Positions 11,327 to 21,378 of a DNA stretch of 64,000 nucleotides are shown one piece after another. The first letter of the stretch is position 1, and the number at the start of each line of letters is the position of its first letter. This DNA is from Cyanidioschyzon merolae. Its lineage: Eukaryota. A program made the translations under genes and the position numbers. The notes beneath the pieces were generated by a model. That model saw only the letters and a program-made list of their open reading frames with translations, ran no database searches and was not told the DNA's origin. The stretch lies in the NCBI GenBank assembly GCA_000091205.1, contig AP006502.2; one strand, given 5' to 3'.

Positions 11327-13664
11327 ACGTGAATGTAACGACAATCGGGAATGCTTTGTATCGAATGGATGATCTTCTCATGAAATAGGACAGATGAAGA
11401 TTCAGTTCGCGTCTCGCGATGGACGTCCTGCGAGCGGAGACGCTCGAAGCCCAGGGCGCTCTGCTGAGTCACCGCGTTTGCCTGGCAGCAGCCTGTGCAC
11501 TTGGCAGCGCGTCGCAATGCTAGCACGCAGCGTCCTCGAGCAGTCGTCTACAGCGACATGGCAGCGCCTTTTGCGTCTATATAGTCGCTGCGACGGCGAA
11601 TGGCACGCAACAGCAAGCATCTTCGACAGCCTTGGGACTCGAAGTGTCACTGGATTCTTTAAGCTCGCATGCGCTAGCGGACCACGGGACTGGAGCTGAC
11701 GCAACATCGCGCTCTCTGTGGATGAGACAAGGCCCAAGCTCCGATGACCGTCGGCGTTCGCGTGCCTCCCTGACTTGGGTGTGGTGCTTCTATCCAGTAT
11801 CATAGACCATGTACACCGAGAATACAGGTGAGTCCATCGAGTCTCGCCTCCATTGGGGAATGCAGCACCAGGATCCAGGGAATGTAGAAGCCTCCATAGA
11901 CAGCAGGGGTGCTTTCCCTGGTTAAAGACAGCGCTCGTCCATCCGGAAAACAGATGCGGTTGGACGCATCGAACCTTTACCAGGAAAGCAACCGCATGTA
12001 ACCCAGCCAGAGCGACGGCAACACAAGCGGAGATCTCCAAGCATACCGCACTATGTTCCATCCTCCGTAGGGTGGCACGCGAAGAAGAAACCTCTCGTGC
12101 ATGTGCGTTTCAAGGCTTTCTAATGGACGACGAGGCATCACCATTGGCATCATTGGATCAAGAAGAATCGTCCTCGCTTGATGGAAGGCTTTTGCAGGCG
12201 CCGCAGCCACGCGTTTTTCTGCGCACTTCCTGCCCGGCGCTCTTTCCGTATCTAGCCGCAGAACAAGAAGCGCGAACTGTGTGGAGACCGTTTCATGCAG
12301 TGTCTGCGGAACTGACGTCTTTTATACGCCTGCAGGACTTGTGCAGGCACGTTTTCTGGTATCATCTTCGACGAACGCCAGCGTCTGCACTAGAAGTCGT
12401 CTCTGGTTGTACCAGGGGCTGCTACCCCGTTTCGTGGTGTTTCCGCTCGGAATAGGTCTTTGTGCGGGATTCGAGCGCAGCACCGATTGCAGGCCTATCG
12501 CGCTACTGGTGTCATGTTTTGCGATTGTTTATCCCGAGAGCCCAGCCCATGTTTGCAAGCGGTCCAGAACATGGACTATGTTCGCTGCTATACCCCCGGT
12601 TCAAAGCTACATTCGTGACGGAATGCGGTCCCAGCGTGTCGACGAGGAGCTCCCCAGCACGACGCCCGAAGATCGCTGTGAATCGTGCCGTACAGGAGCT
12701 TCTGCGGATACACTCAGAATCGGATGCACCGCGATACCTGTTCGGGAGCTGCTTTCACATGGAAACGGATGTGCGGAGGAGGCGCAGAACGCTGTCCAGT
12801 GTCAACCTGATAGACATCGCTCCGCACTGAAATCGTCCGCAATAACTGACCGTCCCCCGAACGAGGTTACACCAGTTGAGGATGACGAGGAGGATTCGAA
12901 CGAGGCTGACGCTGTGGTCATCGGAGCGACACTCAAGCATTGCGCCAACATGCGCAGAGACGAACAAAGTTGGGCTGTTTGCTTCTCCAAAAAACCTGCG
13001 AAAGCAGCAGAGGAGCGACCAGTCGCCGATAAGAACAGGTTCAAGTATGCTCCTTTCGCGGGGACGCTGATTCCTCCATTATAGGCCCTGGGAAACGAAT
13101 TCCGATGACGATCGTTTGATGCTGCAGAGGCCACGACTCTGCAAGTCTCGCTTCAGGATACGCGTGCGCGCTTTCCAGAAACTTGCCACATTTGCATCGC
13201 TATTCCTCGTTGCTTCGGCTGGAATCGGGTTGCACATTCACGCGCACGCTGTCTATTCCAAGCGTGACCCACGAACGTGGGGTTTTCCCAATCCAGCACC
13301 AGAGGCTGCTAGTGCTACAATAGCCTCTGTCCTCGGAAATGCGCCAAGTTCTATGCTTCGATCGTACTTGTGCCATTGCCTTTTGGCTATAACGCTGCAT
13401 GAAAAGACCTCCGTCGCTTGGTACGGCGTCAGCGCACCAAACGCGCTGCCGCCTCATCTCGGGCGTTTTCTTCAACGCCCTACAACTGCGATACTACACG
13501 GAGTCTCGCATGCCGTGCGGCACTGCTGACTGGCATGGTACTCCCTGTACGAATTTGCGCCACGTTCACTGTATCGTCCGTGCTCCATGGCTCGCTTTTA
13601 ATCGCACCCGAAGCGAGTCACTTTGGATTAGCTCGTTGAGATAGGCAGATTCGCTTCGCAGAGA

Positions 13665-14591
13665 TCATGCTAATGGTTCAATCCCGCCATTGCGTTGCCA
13701 AGTATCCACAATCTCAACGGTTAGTAAAACTAGCCGCGTTGACTGGTTCAGAATCGCAGACTCTAAAGGAGACCTCTGGCTGGTTGAAGTCCCGATCGAG
13801 GTACCGGGCGCCTGGGGCATCGACTTGAGCTGCAGCTGCTGCTCCAGACGTATTCGAGCGAGATCATAGCCGGCTCGTGCTGCATCTACAATGGACTGCA
13901 CGAAGCGATCAAACTGGTCAGGAACTCGGAACTCCTCCGTGATCGCTCGATTCCGACTGGACTGTTCAGACGGGGCCTCCGGCGGCATGCGATCGCGAGG
14001 AAAGTTCACATAGCGAAGCACCTTGAAGACCAGCGTTAGCCATATCGTGCGCAGCTCTACTTCATCAGCTTCTAGTGGACGAGGGAGTTCGCCACTAGCG
14101 CTTCGGTTTCCAGAACGAAGTGACTCGGCACCGACGCGGCGGAGCTCGATTTCTAGCGCATCCAGCGAGTAACCAAGGCGGTAGGCCCGAACAGTGGAGG
14201 CAATAAACGACCGTAGTGCAGCAACATACGGCACGCCACTTTGCGGTAAGCATGCGTTGAGAAACGCCTCGTGGATGGCTCCCGCCACCCCGTTGACGTC
14301 ATCGTTCTCAGCGGCGGAGGATAACACCAGCCGATAGACTACGCCGCGAGGTGACGCAGATTGGTGCAGTGCTTTCCGGTGGCCTCTCCAGTGTAGCTCG
14401 GCGCTACCGAAGCTTGGCACGAAAGCCCCTGGTGCCAACGGGCAACCCATACCTCCAGATAAAGGCATCAGCTGAGTGCGTAGCGTGCGTTGCGGCAAAG
14501 CGGCAACCCGTCGGCCTCCAGCGTGCAAGTGCGTTCCTGCCGCTGCAAATGAAGCCGTTCGTCGTAGCGTGCTCATTGCAAAGCAGAGCAT
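13665..14591 (-). CDS. Hypothetical protein (308 aa ORF); no recognisable domain and may be spurious in this GC-rich DNA
   Basis: Long ORF only. Confidence 0.2.
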   Translation of the reverse strand: MLCFAMSTLRRTASFAAAGTHLHAGGRRVAALPQRTLRTQLMPLSGGMGCPLAPGAFVPSFGSAELHWRGHRKALHQSASPRGVVYRLVLSSAAENDDVNGVAGAIHEAFLNACLPQSGVPYVAALRSFIASTVRAYRLGYSLDALEIELRRVGAESLRSGNRSASGELPRPLEADEVELRTIWLTLVFKVLRYVNFPRDRMPPEAPSEQSSRNRAITEEFRVPDQFDRFVQSIVDAARAGYDLARIRLEQQLQLKSMPQAPGTSIGTSTSQRSPLESAILNQSTRLVLLTVEIVDTWQRNGGIEPLA

Positions 14592-15841
14592 TGGCGGTAC
14601 ACCCTTTCACGTTTCCGTTATCGCTCTTAGCAGGGACAGCAACTCCACGCAGAAGCTGCGAAGCAAGCAAGTACCCGCTGTAGCTCAAGGCGGACGCCAG
14701 CGCTCGACGCGTGCCTCGGGATCTTCGCACGCGCGCCTGCGCTGCCGTTGGGCAGCCGCAGGTCGCTTATGATCGATGGTTTTTTTCGATGACAAAACGT
14801 TTCCATGGACTGCGGAAAACAGATTGCGGGTAGGTAATGGCAATCGAAGAAGCGTCCATCATGGTGCTACGCCCTATCTAAAAGTTCTATTACTTATAAT
14901 TCCCTTCGGATGAAATGGTCGTTTCGTGCGTTCTCTCTTTCGCCGAGTGCCTACCGCGAGCACCCGCCGTCGCGCGTATACCGCTGGTGCGCATGCCCCA
15001 CCGAGACAGAACCGCCTTTCTATGCTACTGAGGGCGTCCGCTCGAAGGATGATTCACCTGACACAGAATCAGGGCTCATTATCATTCTGGGAGCCTGCAA
15101 GCTGCGAGGCAGATATGCCGCTTGGGGCAGAGCGAAGCGATACACTAGGAGTCTACCGCGATCAGGACGACGCCCAGACACAGCATCCCGCTCCTAGTCT
15201 CCGAATATACTGCGCGTTGACGAGTTGCTCAGGTCTCGCTAAAGCACCAGCTACTGCAGAGTCGCATGAAGCACGAGTCGGGGAGACTCGTCCGGCTCGC
15301 GGGACCACCTGCCAATAAGATAAACTTTCGATAATATGGAAACCATTTCCCCTTTTAACGGTTATCGTTGAGGGCTGCGCAATTTTCATCATGTTGCTCG
15401 TTAGTGGTTCGTCTATGTTCTTTTGTCTGCAGCGCAGTCCATACGCGCACACCCGTATCTTGTAGGCATCAGACAAGACGCGTATCAGGCGGTTGAAAGG
15501 AAACGCGATCCTGACCATGAGCTTGTAGCTCTATGGTAAAAGACGTATTAGGGTTGAAGACGTAGCAAAGTATAGTGTTTTATCCCAATTGTGCTCCAAC
15601 ACTCAAGATAGTGTATTCATGTGATTTTTCACGGTTTATAGCAGAAGCGTTCGAAGTACGTTCTTTTTCTAAAAATAAAAATAAAGTTGTGGAAATAGAA
15701 GTGGAAGATCCTGGAGAGCTGGTATCCCCGGTTGCCGGAAACAGACGAATAACATTGCGGAGCAAAGAGGAATCGGGGAAGACGAAGAAGCAAAAAGGGG
15801 AGGCCCGACGCCGAAAGCTGCAAGAAAGACGATAATGCGAC

Positions 15842-17551
15842 GTGATGGTGGTGAAAGCCTGTCTTCTTAAACATATCAAGGATCCTTACAGGGAAAAGTT
15901 GCGAGACGCTATCAGAAACCGTATCGACTCGTACTCCAAGAGCATCGTCAAGGCGTCGTCAGGTCTGATGCATTTGGCGAGGGGGATGTATCGCGACGTG
16001 AAGCACATGGAAACAGTCGAGATTCCGGACGAGTTTTTCGATAAGACCTTTAGTCGTCAGCTGATGTTTGGCACAGGGGAAGCTCCGAGGGAAAATGAGC
16101 GAATGCATGCCCTCCACGAGAAACATCCCTTTTACAGGTTCGAGGGTAATCGAAACAAGGGGGACTGGGGTATTTACGACAATGGGGCGATGAAGTACCT
16201 CACGAATCTGAAAAACCATTTGACAGTGAACCTCGAACGTTTCATGATACGCGCCGTGTTTGCGCTCCACCCGGGCATCTCTCGCAATGGAAAATGGGCG
16301 ATTATCAGTGGCATCATGAAAGATCGCAAGCATGAAGACGAGATCGAATTTGTCGGAGAAAAGGCGTCAAACGAGAGCACGAGTGAGGATTCCGTCATCC
16401 GCGCGGTTATACAAGAGCATCGTGCAGTCTCGGGGCTGACGAACCCAGCAGAAAATGTATTAGATTTGAAAAAAGATAAGGAAAGATACTATCGCCTCGT
16501 CCTGCGCTATTTCGTGTTTTTGGACCGTGAACTCGAATGCAAGGCAGAGATGAAGCTGAATGGGACAAAAAATGAAGATTCGGGGAGACGGAAGGCTGCG
16601 CTTCTGGGTAAGCGCTTCAACGTCGTTCCGTTATGCAACATCAAGTCACATTTTGACACCATCGACTCCAGAATCGCTCACGGCAGCATAAAGGAGATCA
16701 GTCCGGAGTTCGATGTAAGGAGGACAGAGTTCACTGGTGGAAACCGGGAGACGTACTGGAAGAACATCTTCAATTTCAAACGGCTCAAAGTCAGCAAACA
16801 AAAGGTATTCACTGGGATGATCGAAAACAATGGGGTAGCCATGTGTGTCCACTATCGGCGGTCGAAGGTGGATCGCCCAATCGTGCCTTTCGCTTCGCCC
16901 TCTGCGAAGCATGAAGAAAGCAAAGAGGCGGATCCTGTGATGCAGGAGGTGCAGGATAACGACTCTGTCGTTGGCGCGGACCCGGGGAACACGAACATCG
17001 TAACCATCGCAGTACCCAAGCACGGGGTATATGGTAACGACGGCAATTTACGTCAGAAAGACATGCGTCTTTTGAGAATCTCGAGAGCGAGATGCTACCG
17101 AGAATCCGGTATAATGAATGTGAGGAAGAAAATTTCTGCATGGGATGCAGGAATGAAGGATCACCTGGAAGCCACGAGCGCGGTGACGAGCCGAGAAGCA
17201 GACTTTAAAGCTTTTCGGAAATTCGTGGAAGTTCGTGTTGCGCATTGGGATGCCCTGTGGGAGGAGTATACCGAGCCCAGATGGGCTCGTTTGCGTATGA
17301 ATCTATACTGTGGAAAGCAGCGGGCGTTCGCGAATTTTTTCAATGAGTTGAGCGCCTTGAAGGAGGATGAAAATCAGAGGCTAGTAGTAGCATACGGAGC
17401 AGGGCGATGGACGACCCAAAAAGGGTGTACACCAGCTCCAACGACGAGGGTGTACAAGGAGTGCGCACGGCGTTTCGTTACGAACCCGGTAGATGAGTTT
17501 CGAACATCGTATACACACCATGAACTGTGGTGTACACTTCAGAGGGTCTAG
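15842..17551 (+). CDS. Fanzor/TnpB-like RuvC nuclease, main ORF (569 aa). The same frame extends upstream to 15575 (K/R-rich NLS-like N-terminus, interrupted by one TAA at 15833-15835) and downstream through an in-frame TAG into a second exon
   Basis: RuvC-I '[16 protein letters not shown]'; Fanzor-type RuvC-II region '[51 protein letters not shown]'; downstream exon gives 'VEFVNRDLNAAINV' (RuvC-III). Upstream 'KTKKQKGEARRRKLQERR' is NLS-like. Confidence 0.75.
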   Translation: MMVVKACLLKHIKDPYREKLRDAIRNRIDSYSKSIVKASSGLMHLARGMYRDVKHMETVEIPDEFFDKTFSRQLMFGTGEAPRENERMHALHEKHPFYRFEGNRNKGDWGIYDNGAMKYLTNLKNHLTVNLERFMIRAVFALHPGISRNGKWAIISGIMKDRKHEDEIEFVGEKASNESTSEDSVIRAVIQEHRAVSGLTNPAENVLDLKKDKERYYRLVLRYFVFLDRELECKAEMKLNGTKNEDSGRRKAALLGKRFNVVPLCNIKSHFDTIDSRIAHGSIKEISPEFDVRRTEFTGGNRETYWKNIFNFKRLKVSKQKVFTGMIENNGVAMCVHYRRSKVDRPIVPFASPSAKHEESKEADPVMQEVQDNDSVVGADPGNTNIVTIAVPKHGVYGNDGNLRQKDMRLLRISRARCYRESGIMNVRKKISAWDAGMKDHLEATSAVTSREADFKAFRKFVEVRVAHWDALWEEYTEPRWARLRMNLYCGKQRAFANFFNELSALKEDENQRLVVAYGAGRWTTQKGCTPAPTTRVYKECARRFVTNPVDEFRTSYTHHELWCTLQRV

Positions 17552-17653
17552 ATGGAAAAGTGTCCGGGGAGCCCCGAGGATATAGCAAAGTACGGACCGC
17601 TGACAGACGAGCAAATGGAAAGGATAACGAAAGTGCGCAGGCTACTTGCATTA

Positions 17654-17682
17654 GTGAGTAAACTCCTAACGGCACGAAACAG
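17654..17682 (+). other. Putative 29-nt spliceosomal intron (GTGAGT...CTAAC...CAG) inside the Fanzor-like gene; its removal joins '...KVRRLLAL' to 'VEFVNRDLNAAINVRRCAVLENRPPD*' (exon 2 = 17683-17761)
   Basis: Canonical GT-AG ends, CTAAC branch-point-like motif, 29 nt length restores frame exactly into the canonical TnpB RuvC-III motif; identical sequence in copy 2 (reverse strand ~35400-35430). Confidence 0.5.
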
Positions 17683-18020
17683 GTGGAGTTTGTGAACCGA
17701 GACTTGAACGCCGCTATCAATGTAAGGAGATGTGCGGTACTGGAGAATAGACCTCCAGACTAAACAAGAGGGAACTTTGATGGACAATTCTGAAAGTTTT
17801 ACTATATGAGAAAAAGTTGGAAGCAGTTGTGGGTGGCCGGTCGAACAAGTCTGGCAGGCGTCTGCACATCAGTTGGAGACGTTTCGTTTAGGGTGTGTCG
17901 TTCGCCACTACTGTACACTGCCGGCAGCATCGTTCGACTTTAGATAGGCGTTTGGTGTTGGCTGCGTCTTAGACCTATAACGAGGCAGACCGATACGAAG
18001 CTCGGTGAAAGGAGCCGTTT

Positions 18021-19781
18021 ATGGGTCCCGCCGCTGCTCAGCCGCCACAGCTGGCGGCGCACGGACTCGACGAGAGCGGCTCGTTCCGGGACTCGGGCAC
18101 CGGCGTCTTTGAAGACAGCTACACTGCACAAGGCGGTTTCGCAGAGCTTAAAGCTCAGCCGCTGTCGGAAGCGTCGATGCCTCGACGTAAACATCAGACT
18201 GAAAGAGGAAAACTTGGCCGAGTAGACGGATTGTTCGAGGAGGCGCCCCCCGGTGACTCGGTTGTTATAGATACCGTCACTGCAGAAAACGGTTCCAGCT
18301 CGGCACGTAGGAGGTTTGAGTGGCGGTTGGCACTCCGTAAGCTCGGTCCGGCTTTTCTAATCTCAATCGGGTACATGGATCCGGGAAACTGGGCTACGGA
18401 TATCGAGGGCGGCTCACGTTTCGGCTATCGGCTGCTGTGGGTGCTGGTTGTCTCCAACGTCATGGCGTGGCTGCTACAAACGCTTGCTTCACGCCTGGGT
18501 ATCGTGACAGGTCGCCATTTGGCACAGCTGTGTCGCGAGGCGTATCCGCGCATCATCGCGATGACGCTGTTCGCGCTCGCCGAAACAGCGATCATCGCTA
18601 CGGACCTGGCGGAAGTCATTGGAACGGCCGTTGGCTTGAATTTGGTCTTGGGTATCCCGCTCCTGCTCGGTATCCTGGTGACAACGCTCGACACGCTCCT
18701 GCTTCTGATGGCACAGCGTGCTGGTGGGCTACGTCGGATCGAACAAATTGTCCTATCTTTGTTATTCGTCATCACGATATGCTTCGCATTGGAGCTGGTA
18801 TTGAGCAAACCCAGTTTCATCCAAATGATTGGAGGGCTGGTACCGCGTATCGACGGGCAAAGCCTTCTGGTTGCTCTAGGTATGTTGGGCGCGACGGTGA
18901 TGCCGCACAATTTCTACCTCCACTCCGCCATTGTGATTCGTGATGCGACTGTGAGGCGCCCTGCCGACTCGTGCGTGTCCACGTCGGCGACACGCACGGC
19001 AGACGGGACAGCGCATAACGGACACGACTTGGCAGGCTGCACTGATGATTCGGATCGCGGGCGCGAACTCGAGTGCGTCTATTCAGCGATCGACTGTGCG
19101 GTTGCGCTGAATGCGGCGTTCTTTATTAATGCGGCGATTCTTATCACAGCGGCATCCTCTTTTTGGGCGAATCACGTGCAAGTGGCGACCTTGCAGGAAG
19201 CACATGCCCTTTTAGAGCGCGTGCTACCCATTCGTCTCTGGGGTCGCGTGGAAGTTGCGCCGCTCGTCTTTGGGATCGCTTTGATCGCAGCAGGCCAGTC
19301 AAGTACCATCACCGGAACACTCGCCGGCCAGTATGTCATGGAGGGCTTTCTAGGACTTTCTCTGCAGATGTGGCAACAGCGATTACTGACGCGGCTATGC
19401 GCGGTCGTGCCGAGCGTGCTGGTTATCATCCTACTTGGGCCCGAGAGCACCTACAGGCTCTTAATTCTTTCCCAGGTAGTTCTATCGCTTCAGCTGCCAT
19501 TCGCGATTGTGCCCATGATTCGATTCACTGGGAGCAAGGCACTCATGGGTGAGCGGTTTGCCTCGGGAATGTGGACTCGTATCTGTGCCTGGTGCGCTGC
19601 TGCGTTCATCATCGTACTGAACCTGTGGATGGCTGGCTCGATGCTCTTCGATGCCTTCCGGGTGCAGTCTGGTCGAACTGCTGGCGCAGTCGTTGGCGGT
19701 GTTCTCGCCGTTCCGCTCACCATCTATCTTCTCGGTGTACTGGTCTGGCTGTGTATGTACAGAGGGTTTAGAAATGAATGA
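18021..19781 (+). CDS. NRAMP-family divalent metal (Mn/Fe) transporter
   Basis: 'GYMDPGNWATDIEGGSRFGYRLLWVLVVSNVMAWLLQTLASRLGIVTGRHLAQLCREAYP' (DPGN motif) and 'MPHNFYLHSA' consensus; one internal low-complexity insertion. Confidence 0.9.
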   Translation: MGPAAAQPPQLAAHGLDESGSFRDSGTGVFEDSYTAQGGFAELKAQPLSEASMPRRKHQTERGKLGRVDGLFEEAPPGDSVVIDTVTAENGSSSARRRFEWRLALRKLGPAFLISIGYMDPGNWATDIEGGSRFGYRLLWVLVVSNVMAWLLQTLASRLGIVTGRHLAQLCREAYPRIIAMTLFALAETAIIATDLAEVIGTAVGLNLVLGIPLLLGILVTTLDTLLLLMAQRAGGLRRIEQIVLSLLFVITICFALELVLSKPSFIQMIGGLVPRIDGQSLLVALGMLGATVMPHNFYLHSAIVIRDATVRRPADSCVSTSATRTADGTAHNGHDLAGCTDDSDRGRELECVYSAIDCAVALNAAFFINAAILITAASSFWANHVQVATLQEAHALLERVLPIRLWGRVEVAPLVFGIALIAAGQSSTITGTLAGQYVMEGFLGLSLQMWQQRLLTRLCAVVPSVLVIILLGPESTYRLLILSQVVLSLQLPFAIVPMIRFTGSKALMGERFASGMWTRICAWCAAAFIIVLNLWMAGSMLFDAFRVQSGRTAGAVVGGVLAVPLTIYLLGVLVWLCMYRGFRNE

Positions 19782-20145
19782 TCAGCGTAAAATTTGGCGG
19801 TCGTCTCACCGGCAGCGCTATGCGGTGCACGCCGCCGCGATTGATGCCGTCGAGGCTGCCGTCCGCGGCGACGAAGTACCAGCCTGGATCAGACGAACCT
19901 GCGACCTCGTCAGCGCTGCGTTCGCGATGGAACAGGATCCGATCCGTATGGATCAGCACACACTCTAAACGAAGACGAAACCTATACCGTGGGGCGTCTT
20001 TCCGAATTTGGCGTCCTTCTTCGCGGCAATGCCCACGGTCCACCGACGGCAGGGGCAGCGACAGTCCAACGCCAAACACGTAACGACGCTTTTGTGACCC
20101 GAAAAGCACAAAAACGAAGCTGAGCATCTGGCGCCGCAGTGTCCA

Positions 20146-20922
20146 CTAGGCGGACGGCAATGTCGGGCGATTCGCGAGCAGCCACTCGACAACACAATGC
20201 ACGCCATACCCGGTGAGCGCGTCAACGTGCTGGAGCGCGACAGGTCCCACGGCGCCCTTCTTTGTCACGCCTTCGATGAGTCGCGTGAGCGCTTCTTCCC
20301 AATGAGGAGCGGCATCCTCAAATTGGCCTCCATGGAGCCTGTTGATCACCAGGATAAGCGGCCGCTTTGGCGACGGCTGCGAATGCTTGGACCCAGCGTC
20401 GGCGATACCGTGACGACTGCATCCCGCTTCGGCGACGGACGCAGCGGCAGAGGGGGCAAGGTGCTCGCAGGTCTCCTGCAGTGCCGCGATGCACTCTTCT
20501 ATCCGAGTTGCATCAGATCCGTCGATGACCCATACCACGGCATCAGCCTGTTGCAGATACCTACCCCAAAGAAAACGGAAAGAGGCGTCCCCGCCGAGGT
20601 CCAAGAGCACCCAAGTAACCTCCGGACCGTTGGCCGCACTCGTGACCGAGAAGCGGTCGAGTCCCACGGTCGGAATATAGCGCTCTCGTTGGCCATCAAC
20701 TGAACCATTGGAGTCTGGGTGCACGGGTTCGGCAACCCAGCGCTGCGCAACGGCGGCGACGGGGTGCGCGTTCGAGCTCGGTACCTCACCCGCTAGCCTC
20801 TTGCGAATCGCGCGTACTAGCGTCGACTTTCCCGAACCCTTCAGTCCTAAGAAGACAACTCGATAGGGTGGATGCCTCTCTACCCAAAATGTGTTAGCAA
20901 GACTCGAAAGCAGTCCAAACAT
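20146..20922 (-). CDS. Arf-like (ARL) small GTPase with internal insertions
   Basis: N-terminal amphipathic 'MFGLLSSLANTFW', P-loop 'VVFLGLKGSGKSTL', switch II 'VLLDLGGDASFRFLWGRY', 'AVVWVIDGSD'. Confidence 0.6.
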   Translation of the reverse strand: MFGLLSSLANTFWVERHPPYRVVFLGLKGSGKSTLVRAIRKRLAGEVPSSNAHPVAAVAQRWVAEPVHPDSNGSVDGQRERYIPTVGLDRFSVTSAANGPEVTWVLLDLGGDASFRFLWGRYLQQADAVVWVIDGSDATRIEECIAALQETCEHLAPSAAASVAEAGCSRHGIADAGSKHSQPSPKRPLILVINRLHGGQFEDAAPHWEEALTRLIEGVTKKGAVGPVALQHVDALTGYGVHCVVEWLLANRPTLPSA

Positions 20923-21378
20923 GCGGCGTTCGTTGCACGTCCCTTCGGCGCGAGTCTGGTGCTCCCTGGCCGCTCACGAACGTCCTCTGTGACCAGCAAA
21001 CGGGGTCGCGCTGCCTCAACCAGAGCGTCTTGCCCGTAGAAGGCATGGACTTTGCTCAAACTCGTACAAGTGCCTAGCGGTGGTACTCAGCACGTGCGAC
21101 CAGGCAAGCAGCGGCAGCAGCAGCAGAAGCGAAAACATCGATCATTCGGTCTGTCGAGTCGCGCACCCGCAAACGCCACCTACCTCCGCGGCACCCGAGC
21201 TCGGCAGAAGTTCTCTTGCTGCATCGACGGCACGGCGCTGTCGAAGCGTTCAAGGTAAGTATGCTGTTGGAGATGAAAGTCAGGTCTATGAGGTCAGTGT
21301 TTAGCACTGTGCCTCATTTCGTGCCCGGAGACCTGACGTCAGCATTCGTGATAGACTGAACTAGCGCACTGGACTACC

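Larger units (their letters stand above)
15563..17941 (+). mobile_element. Fanzor1-like (eukaryotic TnpB/OMEGA-family) transposable element, copy 1, ~2.38 kb; encodes only the TnpB-like protein plus a conserved 3' non-coding tail
   Basis: Boundaries defined by where similarity to the inverted copy at 35141-37679 starts and stops. 5' end is 'tagcaaagta...'. 3' tail 17762-17941 is conserved between copies. No TIRs, consistent with IS605-type ends. Confidence 0.75.

Noticed and set aside
11394-13100. ORFs 11402-12061 (-), 11853-12455 (+) and 12281-13084 (+) as genes
   Set aside because: They have no recognisable motifs and overlap on opposite strands. In this GC-rich DNA, random ORFs of 200-270 codons are common (many antisense ORFs are listed opposite real genes). 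They are left unannotated.
17549-17551. TAG reassigned as a sense codon in this organism (explaining the in-frame TAG in the Fanzor gene)
   Set aside because: TAG terminates clearly conserved host genes exactly at their expected C-termini; for example eS27 at 59495-59497 ends '...RRKVD*'. The standard code is in use.
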